Assembly: GCA_040758235.1 (NCBI GenBank)
Contig: JBFLVW010000027.1
Span: forward strand, 1-41,229
DNA length: 41,229 nt
Source: Candidatus Micrarchaeota archaeon
GTDB taxonomy: Archaea; Micrarchaeota; Micrarchaeia; Anstonellales; Bilamarchaeaceae
Direction of reading: 5' to 3'
Shown one piece after another: positions 32,899-41,047 of the stretch (its first letter is position 1; every line of letters starts with the position of its first letter). The translations under genes and the position numbers were made by a program. The notes beneath the pieces are model-generated. The model worked only from the letters and a program-made list of their open reading frames with translations, was not told the origin of the DNA and did not search any database.

Positions 32899-33714
32899 GT
32901 GAATAAATTTTTACTTGAAATCGACTATGTGAATAGAGAAAAACTGGTGGACCTTCTATCTAGTTTAAATGAAGGACTCAAAACCGAAGTGACCATCAAA
33001 AAAATAGAACGCGGACCAATCACAACTACCTCGGCCAACGTCGAGGGAAGCCTAGGTCATGAAATTATCGCTAAGGCTAAGGGTGAAATTGGCGTTCATA
33101 AACAATTTGGTCAGATCGAAAACGAATCAACCTTCTCAGAACAGGAAACCGATGCAACTTTACTAAGAAAATTAATTGTTAGTTTAATGAATGAAAAACT
33201 GCTAGTACATGATGACAATCCAAAGGAAGAACGAAAACTTTACGAGTTTGAAGGATACGTAGCCCTATCCCCTGTTGAGGCAACAATCCACGAAATGAAA
33301 CCGATTAAGAATGAACTCATCAAAATGATTACACTCAGTCAAAATAAGAATAGAGGATTGCTTGCCAGTTACCTGACTAGTTTATTCGCTGATAAAGAAA
33401 ACTATTTTGCAATTATCAAAAAACCCGAACTATCAATTATTATTAAAGTTAAGCAAGCCTACGTGCGAGAACGCGACTTGAATCGGCTCACCGGGACAAA
33501 AAAGATTCTCGGTAGGCTAATCCAGAAAAGCAAAGACGGTCAGGAGGTTAGAATTTTTGAACCCCCAATTAATTTCAATAAGAGCGAGATTGACAACGCA
33601 CTTTTGACTTTGACGAATGCGCTAGGGCGCGAAGTGACAGTCGACGACATTAAAGTGAAACATCCATTTATCGTGATTGAACCAATCGCAATATACCAGC
33701 GAGATAGCGTCTGA
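32899..33714 (+). CDS. Hypothetical protein, DUF6414-like
   Basis: 271-aa ORF in AT-rich DNA. The N-terminal Y.N.E.L..LLSSL.EG followed by an S/T/G-rich beta hairpin and the C-terminal IEPIAIY resemble DUF6414 (recalled, not searched). Confidence 0.7.
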   Translation: MNKFLLEIDYVNREKLVDLLSSLNEGLKTEVTIKKIERGPITTTSANVEGSLGHEIIAKAKGEIGVHKQFGQIENESTFSEQETDATLLRKLIVSLMNEKLLVHDDNPKEERKLYEFEGYVALSPVEATIHEMKPIKNELIKMITLSQNKNRGLLASYLTSLFADKENYFAIIKKPELSIIIKVKQAYVRERDLNRLTGTKKILGRLIQKSKDGQEVRIFEPPINFNKSEIDNALLTLTNALGREVTVDDIKVKHPFIVIEPIAIYQRDSV

Positions 33715-33796
33715 AACTTTGTAACCACATTCCTACTAACACAACTGCTTGGAAAGTCCGGCAAAACCTGCTGAACTCGGAACAGAACCCCGCAGA

Positions 33797-33845
33797 ACTC
33801 ACGACTCAGAACCCAAAACTCTAAACGCGAAACTGGAAACTTCCC
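33797..33845. repeat. Degenerate 7-bp tandem repeat (7 units)
   Basis: actcacg actcaga acccaaa actctaa acgcgaa actggaa acttccc. Confidence 0.65.
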
Positions 33846-34044
33846 TACCGCACACCCCCAATTTTCCGCTGCGCTGTCGTGTCCCGCAGGCATGCTCAAA
33901 ATCTGAAAGCGCGGCTTTCTCGGCGCGCAGGCGGACCGTCGTCTCCCGCCGTGGCCGAAGCCGACCATGGTCTCGCTTCGCGCTGAACGCATCCTGCATC
34001 CGGTCTGTCGTAACGGTTATATCCTCCCTCGCCAATACCCCTGC

Positions 34045-34740
34045 ATGGCGGAAAAAGACCAGGTGAAAATCTACTCGGGCCTGGCAAGAAATTACGACAT
34101 TGACGAAAAGCTCCTGCTCCTTGCGGGCCTGCGGCTCGGCCACTACCGGAGGCTTGCAGCCGGGGAGCTCCGCCTGAGGCCCGGGGCGACCGTCATAGAC
34201 CTCGGATGCGGGACGGGCCTCAACTTCCCCATGCTCGAGCAGGCGGTTGGCCCCCGCGGCCGGATAATCGGCGTCGACATCACCAAAGCCATGCTCGGGG
34301 AGGCCGAAAAAAGGGTAAGAAGGAACGGATGGAAGAACGTCGAGCTCGTCCGCTCCGACATGGCCGGCTACGAATTCCCGGAAGCAGACGGTATCCTCTC
34401 CACATGCGCGATTACGCTCGTTCCGGAATATGACGATGTGATACGGAAGGGCTCGCAAGCGCTGAAGCCGGGGGGCAGGTTCGTGATACTCGATTTCAAG
34501 AAGCCAGAATGGCCGGGGTGGCTTGTCGGGCTCGCCGCGCGACTCCTCGTCGAGCCTTTCGGCGGCGACATCGGCATGGCCTCCCGCCATCCGTGGGAAT
34601 CGCTCGGTAGGCACCTCCGGCTGAAGGCGTTCAGGGAGTTCTATTTCGGGGGCATGTATATCGCCACGGGGGAAAAGCCGCGTACCGGGCGGCGGAACCA
34701 GCCCCGCAAGAAATCGCATTCACGCCACCAAAGTGAATAA
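34045..34740 (+). CDS. Class I SAM-dependent methyltransferase (UbiE-like)
   Basis: VIDLGCGTG, IIGVDIT..ML, ALKPGGRFVILD. TTATAT at about 34017 supports ATG 34045. Confidence 0.92.
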   Translation: MAEKDQVKIYSGLARNYDIDEKLLLLAGLRLGHYRRLAAGELRLRPGATVIDLGCGTGLNFPMLEQAVGPRGRIIGVDITKAMLGEAEKRVRRNGWKNVELVRSDMAGYEFPEADGILSTCAITLVPEYDDVIRKGSQALKPGGRFVILDFKKPEWPGWLVGLAARLLVEPFGGDIGMASRHPWESLGRHLRLKAFREFYFGGMYIATGEKPRTGRRNQPRKKSHSRHQSE

Positions 34741-34894
34741 AAACTCCCGCTTCGACTGGGATTACATTGGAAAAACGGCGATGCGCGGGAACTCCCCGCC
34801 GGAGCACATGGGAGCGCTCGCTGCCGGGCTGAACTGGCCGGGCCCATGGGACAAACATCCACAACAAGGCGCATCCGGATACGGACGGAATGAT

Positions 34895-35521
34895 TCATTC
34901 CGCCCGGAAATTCAGCTTCGCCGGCCCCTTCACAACCCCATCCCACGAAAGGACGTCGCCCTGCGCGCTATTTACGATGTCGCCCTGCCTCCCGCTCGAA
35001 ATCCTTATCGAGACCCTGGCTGAGCCTGATGCCGGCGGTAGCAACGTAATCTCATTGTCCCCCGGAACAAGCGCGGCATTGATGAGCGAGGCGAAGCCGG
35101 AAGAGCCGATGTCAATGAGGACCGGAGACTTCTTTCCGTTGAAAAGGATGCCGAGCCTTTCCTCCCCCTCCACCACATACTGTATCGAATAAACTTTGCT
35201 GAACTTCGAAAACCCGCTCCTCTCGTTGAAATATTCCCAGGATTCCCCCTTCCTCCTGAAGGTCAGGGAAAACCTCCCCTCTCCCTCAGCGTCCCTGAAG
35301 TGCGCGATGCAGAAATCGCCGAAGCACTCGGGCTCCTCAGGCGCTCCGGCAATAACCTGCTTCAGGTCCTCGAAAATCGCATGGAAAAACTGCTCTTTCT
35401 GTTCTTTGGGAAAGCCGGAGGTATCGAACCATTCCGAATAGACCCCCGCCATGAAAGCCTTGTCGCCATTCCTCACCGCGTCCAAATACTTCTTCAGAAA
35501 GTCCCCGAACTCCTCTGCCAT
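34895..35521 (-). CDS. Hypothetical protein (~208 aa)
   Basis: GGAGGAG Shine-Dalgarno-like motif before ATG 35521. Globular-looking composition with a beta-rich C-terminal half. Confidence 0.8.
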   Translation of the reverse strand: MAEEFGDFLKKYLDAVRNGDKAFMAGVYSEWFDTSGFPKEQKEQFFHAIFEDLKQVIAGAPEEPECFGDFCIAHFRDAEGEGRFSLTFRRKGESWEYFNERSGFSKFSKVYSIQYVVEGEERLGILFNGKKSPVLIDIGSSGFASLINAALVPGDNEITLLPPASGSARVSIRISSGRQGDIVNSAQGDVLSWDGVVKGPAKLNFRAE

Positions 35522-35572
35522 GACTCCTCCATTGAGAAGCAAATTTTAATTACTTGACATTGTTCTAATGGC

Positions 35573-36796
35573 ATGGCAAAAGCCAGGGCTTCTCCCAAGA
35601 AGAATGCAAAAACGCGAAAAGCCTCAAAAAGAACGGCGGCAAAACCCAGGCCCGCCCGGCGCAAAAAAATCGCTCCGGGAAAACCCCCAAAACCAGCAAA
35701 GGGAAAAGCCGGGGCGAAGCGTGCGCTACCGAAAAAACCAACGCCCCGCGCTAAGAGGCCCGTGCAGAAGAAAGCGCCCCCTGCGAAAATTTCCGCCCCG
35801 AAAACGGAATCGGCAGCGGCCCCGGCGCATCCGGCGATGATAAAAGAATCCGCCCCGCCGTCGCTGATAACCGCTCCGCCCGCGACCATCCTTCTCCCCG
35901 CTCCGAAAATGCAAACGCCCGCCGGAACGAAAGCATCCGAGCCGCAAATGCCGATCGCCCCCGGGCCGCCGCCGGAAAAAAAGGAGCCATTCGAGCACAT
36001 GGAAGGCACTGCCGGCCCGCTCGCGGTGGAAATCAACCCCGCGCTCGAAAAGCTCCCCGAATGGGAGGACCGCGGCAGGCTGCGGAGGGCCGTCTTCGAG
36101 GGCGGCCTGAAATTCTTCTCGCTGAGCAGGGTCTCATCCGATTTCCCGGAAGCCCTGAGCCTCCTCTCAAAAAGCAGGCCGCCTGCAACCGGCATCAGGG
36201 GGCATTTCATCATCTGCGCCAGAGACCGCTCCGGGGGCATGGCCGGGGCAATCGACGGCCACATGCTCGCGGAAGACATCATGTACATCGACCGCATCTC
36301 CATCCGGAACGGCAGGAGGCGGGAGCTCTGCATCCTGCTCTTTGCCGCGGCTCTCGCGATCAAGGGCGCGCCCTACGTCCTTTGCACGGCCGAAGCACCC
36401 GCGCTGACCGAAGGGCTTGCCGGAAAAATGATTCTCTTCGGGCGGGGATTCGGGATGCTCGCAATTCCGTCCGGCCACGCGACCCTGGCTGTATTCGTGC
36501 GGCGGACCGGGCGCGAGCTCGATCCCATATCCAGCGGCGCGGAGCTCGCGAGGCTCCTTGGCTGCCTGAAGGAATTCGACCCTTCTTTCGAGAGCATCGC
36601 CGCAGGCATCTCCCGGAAGGCCGAAATCGCGCTTATACCGCTTCCGACTTCCCCGGATTCGCGCGAGCACCTCCACGAGCTGATGGACGCCGTGAAGATG
36701 CTCGGCCTTAAGCAGGAGGGAATCGGCCCCCTCATCGAGGACCTCAAGAGAAGATACGTGCTTGCGCGCGAGGACATCACGCCCGATGCCATCTGA
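35573..36796 (+). CDS. Protein with a K/A/P-rich (histone H1-like) N-terminal tail and a possible degenerate GNAT-like C-terminal domain
   Basis: About 75 aa of K/R/A/P repeats, then a Pro-rich linker, then FIICARDRSGGMAGAIDG...YIDRI.I. Confidence 0.75.
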   Translation: MAKARASPKKNAKTRKASKRTAAKPRPARRKKIAPGKPPKPAKGKAGAKRALPKKPTPRAKRPVQKKAPPAKISAPKTESAAAPAHPAMIKESAPPSLITAPPATILLPAPKMQTPAGTKASEPQMPIAPGPPPEKKEPFEHMEGTAGPLAVEINPALEKLPEWEDRGRLRRAVFEGGLKFFSLSRVSSDFPEALSLLSKSRPPATGIRGHFIICARDRSGGMAGAIDGHMLAEDIMYIDRISIRNGRRRELCILLFAAALAIKGAPYVLCTAEAPALTEGLAGKMILFGRGFGMLAIPSGHATLAVFVRRTGRELDPISSGAELARLLGCLKEFDPSFESIAAGISRKAEIALIPLPTSPDSREHLHELMDAVKMLGLKQEGIGPLIEDLKRRYVLAREDITPDAI

Positions 36797-36798
36797 CA

Positions 36799-37410
36799 TC
36801 AGCCCGGGAATTTCTCCGCGAGCCACTCTTTCGCTATTTGGACGTCCCTGCCGGCAAGCTCGTGCCCCGCTTCGAGCCATCTCACCGTGACGTCAGCCCC
36901 GGCCTCGCGGAGGAGCGAGGCGAGCGCCTTCGCGCTTTCGGCTTGCACGAGAGCATCGTTCCTGCCGGAACAAATCAGCACACGCTTCGAGGAGAGGTCG
37001 GGAAGGCTTTTGGGGGCGATGGGTTGGGTCCCGCGGAAAATGACCGCCCCATCGAGCGTCCGCGGCCTGAGGAGGAGAATGGCGGACGCCATGTTCGCGC
37101 CGTTTGAATATCCGACCGCGACAAGCCTGCGGAGGTCGTAGTCTTTTTTCGCCCTTTCTACAAAATCCGCAAGCTCGTTCGCGCGGAAAACCAGGTCAGC
37201 CATGTCGAAGGAGCCGTCCTGCTCGCGGCGGAAGAACCTGTTATGCGGCCCTTCCCGCACTTTCCCCCGCACCCCTAGAATGGAGGAGCGCGGGGCGACC
37301 TCCCTCCCTACTTTCGCCAGGCTCGTTTCGTCCCCGCCCGTCCCGTGGAGAAGCAGCAGGCTGGTGCCGGAACCCTTGCTTCCTGGAAGATACGCATGGA
37401 TGAAAGTCAT
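36799..37410 (-). CDS. Alpha/beta hydrolase (phospholipase/carboxylesterase, MhqD-like)
   Basis: LLLHGTGGDE, RFFRR, GYSNGANM, GRND, GHEL. ATG 37410 overlaps the upstream stop. Confidence 0.92.
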   Translation of the reverse strand: MTFIHAYLPGSKGSGTSLLLLHGTGGDETSLAKVGREVAPRSSILGVRGKVREGPHNRFFRREQDGSFDMADLVFRANELADFVERAKKDYDLRRLVAVGYSNGANMASAILLLRPRTLDGAVIFRGTQPIAPKSLPDLSSKRVLICSGRNDALVQAESAKALASLLREAGADVTVRWLEAGHELAGRDVQIAKEWLAEKFPG

Positions 37411-38330
37411 TTTCCCCCCCGGATGCGCAGCGGGGGCAGGAAAGATTCGAGTTCGCTTCGCCTGCGCTCGAGCCACGGCGGAAGCTTCAGGGAGGAGCCA
37501 AGCTCCCCTTCCTTCTCGTCTATGAGGAATCCCGGCCCGTCCGTCGCAATCTCGAAAAGGACGCCCCCCGGTTCGCGGAAATAAATAGAATGGAAATAAT
37601 GCCTGTCTATCACTGGCGTGACGTCGAGGCCTGCAGAGACGAGCCTCCTCCTCCAGTCCGCCTGGCTGCCGTCATCAGAAGTCCTGAACGCGATATGGTG
37701 CACGCTTCCCGCGCCCACAATCCCTCGCGGGCTGTCGGGCCGGCAGAAGATGTCGATGAAATCGTTCCCGGCGCCGTATCGCGACCGCTCCCCGTCCCCT
37801 TCTGCGCCTGCGAACCCCAGGATGCCGCTCACGAAACCGGCCGTCTTTTCATACCCCTCCTCGCTGAGCGCGGCCCCTCCGAAGCCGCGGATGGAATGCT
37901 CGCGCGGCACGTCCCCGCCCCATCCCTGCTCGTCCTTGTCCGCGCCGCCGCATATCTCCAGCGAAAGCCCTTCGGGGTCCGAGAAAGATAGAATCTCCTT
38001 CCCGAACCTTTCCTCTTTCCTGAGCCGCACGCCAAAAAAATTGAGCCGCTTCTCCCAGAAATCCAGCGATTCATCCGGGACGGAGAAACATACCGCGGAA
38101 ACCTGCCCGGTGCCCTTGCGCCAGCGAGGCATCTGCGGCCAGTGGAAAAAAGTGAGCACGCTTCCGGGCGCCCCCGTCCGGTCGCCGAAATAAAGGTGGT
38201 AGGACGAGGGCTGGTCGAAATTGACCGTGAGTTTCACCATGCGCATGCCCATGGTTTTGGTGTAAAAGGAGATGTTGCTGTCCGCATCGGCGGTCACGGC
38301 GGTTATGTGGTGGATGCCGGCAAGCGCCAT
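37407..38330 (-). CDS. Ring-cleaving dioxygenase / VOC family (MhqO/A/E-like)
   Basis: GIHHITA, VKLTVNFDQP..YHLYFGD, GSVHHIAF, DRHYFHSIYFREPGGVLFEIATDGPGF. Confidence 0.95.
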   Translation of the reverse strand: MALAGIHHITAVTADADSNISFYTKTMGMRMVKLTVNFDQPSSYHLYFGDRTGAPGSVLTFFHWPQMPRWRKGTGQVSAVCFSVPDESLDFWEKRLNFFGVRLRKEERFGKEILSFSDPEGLSLEICGGADKDEQGWGGDVPREHSIRGFGGAALSEEGYEKTAGFVSGILGFAGAEGDGERSRYGAGNDFIDIFCRPDSPRGIVGAGSVHHIAFRTSDDGSQADWRRRLVSAGLDVTPVIDRHYFHSIYFREPGGVLFEIATDGPGFLIDEKEGELGSSLKLPPWLERRRSELESFLPPLRIRGGK

Positions 38331-38352
38331 GGGCCGCTTTCCACTCAACAGA

Positions 38353-38360
38353 TTATAAAA
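38353..38360. promoter_or_regulatory. TATA box between divergent genes (possibly bidirectional)
   Basis: TTATAAAA lies 22-29 nt from ATG 38382 (+) and 23-30 nt from ATG 38330 (-). Confidence 0.55.
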
Positions 38361-38381
38361 CTAACCGACAGCTATCTAAGT

Positions 38382-38657
38382 ATGGGAGATGGCTATTCGT
38401 TCGCAGTCGAGGACATGGAGAAGATGGAGAAGCTGGCTATCGCCACTTCCAACCGCGTGATGAGCGCAATCGAGAGCGCGGTGGCGTCATTCGAGGCGGC
38501 CGGGGAACGCCCGGCTTCGCTCAAGCCGCGAATCGTCCGGCTGAAAAGCGTCCACAGCTCGCTTTCGGTTTGGGAAAGGGACATGCTCCTTGCCGCAAGG
38601 GGGACAATAGAGAAGCGGCTCAGCCTGCTCCGGAAATTCGGGCAGATTTTCAGGTGA
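38382..38657 (+). CDS. Small helical protein (91 aa), homolog of 19864-20199
   Basis: MGDGYSF...; C-terminal part of ORF-track 38142-38657. TATA upstream. Aligns with the 111-aa protein. Confidence 0.88.
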   Translation: MGDGYSFAVEDMEKMEKLAIATSNRVMSAIESAVASFEAAGERPASLKPRIVRLKSVHSSLSVWERDMLLAARGTIEKRLSLLRKFGQIFR

Positions 38658-38661
38658 TGCC

Positions 38662-41010
38662 ATGGCTCAGAGGGACAGAAGGCAGCCGGTCCGCCCGGAA
38701 ACGCTCGCAAGGGAAGCCGCAATGAAGGGCCGCGAGATTGCGCAAAGGCGGGAAGTCCAGCAGCCGTCCCGGCAAATCCCGAAAAAAGGGCCGGCGACGA
38801 GGGTTGTCGAGGCGACGGTGAAGGCGGAGGGCGAAGTGAGGCGGGGAAAGGAAGTCGCTCAGGCCGTTTCATCTTCGGCGAACGCGATGGACCAGACGCT
38901 CAGGGCGCAACAGGAAGCGAGAGCTCAGCAGCCTGCCCCCCGGCAGCAGGCCGAACCCCAAAAACAGCCTGTGCAACAGCCGGTTCAGGCACCCCAAAGG
39001 CAGGACACGTCCCAGCCCCGGCAGGTAGCGGAAACGCCGGTCGTTGTGTCGAGCGGCCCGCAAACTGTCCGCGCGAGGGAAGAGCCAGCTCCCCGGGAAA
39101 GGCCGGCGATACCGAGGCAGGAAAGGGCCCCGAGGCAGGAGCAGCAAAGGCCGAACGTGTTCAGGAGGATGCTCAACTCTCTCCTCAGTTTATTCCGCCG
39201 GGGCGCACGCCCACCGCCCCAGGCACAGAGGCCTCGGGAGGGGGAGCGGCAGGCGCCGAGGCCCGCGATTATGCCGGTCGTTCTCGGCTCGGGCAAGGGT
39301 GTCGCGCAGGGAGCCCCGCCCCCGGATGACCCGCAGGCATATACGTCGGAAAATTTTAACACGCCCATCGATTTCGACACCGTGCGCATATCCCCGCTCG
39401 ACCCGCAGGTCAGGGTGCAGAGGCAATTGCCGGGGCTCGGCGCCGCGGAGGCGACCGATGCCCAGCGCGCGCTAAGGGAGAATGCCGCGACGTTAGCGGC
39501 TTACGAATCGCGCGTGAGGACTTTCATGCGGGACCATGCTGATGCCTTCAGGCCCGTCCGGAGGATGCGCGCGGGCGAGCAGGAAATCGCGATATGCGGG
39601 CCCATACGGATGGGCGGCGCAGTCCGGGATGCGAGGGAGGACATCGCAGTGCCCATTTTCATTACGTCGGGCGGAACGACGCGGCTCGTCATCGCATACC
39701 AGTCCCAGTCCCAGGGAACGTGGCGGCGCTTCGCCGGCTGCGACGACGAGCACGGCCACTACTACAAGGGGCCGAGGGCCGACTCCGAGCACCTGCAGGA
39801 CCTCGACTGGCGCATCCAGCGCGAGATAGACCTCGTCCTCGGGCGTGAGCAGCCGTCTGTCATGCCGGCTGTCGCCCTGAGGGAATTCGGGCCGCGTCCC
39901 GCTGACGGAGACGGGGCGGAGGAGCTCGTCGTTGCGATGGAGAACGCTGTCCAGTCCTCCGCGCTCAATGGCGCAAGGGCGCTCGACCTCTCGCAGCCTG
40001 GGAGCATGCCCGCAAGAATCAGGGAATACTGGCTCACAGGCTCGGACGGCGATTTCTACGGCAGGCATGCGCATATGGTCGCCGAATCCGCAGACGGCAG
40101 GTTCCTATATGGCATCGCGCTCACGGACCTGGGAATGTTCCTCCAGTATGTGCACGACCGGGAGGCTGGCGGAATCACCATGTCCGGCTCTCCATCCCGC
40201 GGCGTGACAATCCCGGAGAGGGACGACTGGATAATGACGCCGATAATCGAATACACTATGCAGACCGGCGACGTGCTGGCAAGGCGCCTGTCCCGGGTGG
40301 AGGCCCGCAAGTCGGTCCTCGGGGGCGGCGTCAGGAGCTACCTTGTCGGCGTGCACAGCTCGAGCGGAAGCCCCTTCTTCCAGATTGACAACGCGCTTTC
40401 CCCCATTTATCCGATGCTCCGCAGGGGCGACCACGACCGGGCGGAATCAGTGCTTGGTGAAATCCGGTCGGGGCGGATGCCGCTCGTTTCGGCGGAGCGC
40501 CCCCGGCAGCTCCCGGCCGACCGCGTGATGGCTCTCGCGGACCAGCGCTACGCCCAGCTCAGGGACGCCTACAATGCCCATGCCTCCCGCTCGGTTGGCG
40601 ATGCGGAAATAATGCGCCAGTATTCGGTCACTTCCAGGGAGCTCCGGGTCTTCGGGCGGTACGAGGAACATGGGCGCGAGATGCTCGCAGGCGGCCCTGC
40701 CCTTGCAAGATACTCGAAAAAGCGCACCATGCAGCTCGCCGGCATCCTCGCCGGGCTGCAGGGCCCGATAGACCCGCAAAGCGCAGAGGGGAAGGAGCTT
40801 GTCGCAAGGGAGCGCCTGAGCGCAAGGGAAATAAACGCGCTGAACGGCCTCGCCGGCTCCCAGGCGGACCAGAAATCACAGAATCGCGCCCTGAGGGCGG
40901 CAGTCGAGAGCGACGAGAGGGAGCGCATATCGGCTCGTATAGCCGGGATGGTCGAAGACCGCCTGAGGTGGCAGGCCACGCTCTGGGCGCAGGCAGAACT
41001 CGCCCGGTAA
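38662..41010 (+). CDS. 782-aa protein: disordered Q/P/R-rich N-terminus, unknown globular domain, helical C-terminus
   Basis: Long ORF starting 4 nt after the 91-aa gene. Central motif-like segment AYQSQSQGTWRRF...YYKG...EHLQDL. Confidence 0.9.
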   Translation: MAQRDRRQPVRPETLAREAAMKGREIAQRREVQQPSRQIPKKGPATRVVEATVKAEGEVRRGKEVAQAVSSSANAMDQTLRAQQEARAQQPAPRQQAEPQKQPVQQPVQAPQRQDTSQPRQVAETPVVVSSGPQTVRAREEPAPRERPAIPRQERAPRQEQQRPNVFRRMLNSLLSLFRRGARPPPQAQRPREGERQAPRPAIMPVVLGSGKGVAQGAPPPDDPQAYTSENFNTPIDFDTVRISPLDPQVRVQRQLPGLGAAEATDAQRALRENAATLAAYESRVRTFMRDHADAFRPVRRMRAGEQEIAICGPIRMGGAVRDAREDIAVPIFITSGGTTRLVIAYQSQSQGTWRRFAGCDDEHGHYYKGPRADSEHLQDLDWRIQREIDLVLGREQPSVMPAVALREFGPRPADGDGAEELVVAMENAVQSSALNGARALDLSQPGSMPARIREYWLTGSDGDFYGRHAHMVAESADGRFLYGIALTDLGMFLQYVHDREAGGITMSGSPSRGVTIPERDDWIMTPIIEYTMQTGDVLARRLSRVEARKSVLGGGVRSYLVGVHSSSGSPFFQIDNALSPIYPMLRRGDHDRAESVLGEIRSGRMPLVSAERPRQLPADRVMALADQRYAQLRDAYNAHASRSVGDAEIMRQYSVTSRELRVFGRYEEHGREMLAGGPALARYSKKRTMQLAGILAGLQGPIDPQSAEGKELVARERLSAREINALNGLAGSQADQKSQNRALRAAVESDERERISARIAGMVEDRLRWQATLWAQAELAR

Positions 41011-41047
41011 GCAAAGGGAAATCTGAAAGAGAAACCGCAGGATTCCT

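Noticed and set aside
31362-34000. Integrated virus or integrative element at tRNA-Val
   Set aside because: No integrase or viral genes, and no convincing duplication of the tRNA 3' end. Only an 8-nt CGGGCCCA match near 34840 was found, which is expected by chance.
33799-34719. 306-aa minus-strand ORF
   Set aside because: Mostly antisense to the methyltransferase; the remainder runs through heptamer repeats.
38142-38381. N-terminal extension of the 171-aa ORF in the track
   Set aside because: Overlaps the dioxygenase gene antisense. The TATA position and homology to the 111-aa protein support the start at 38382.
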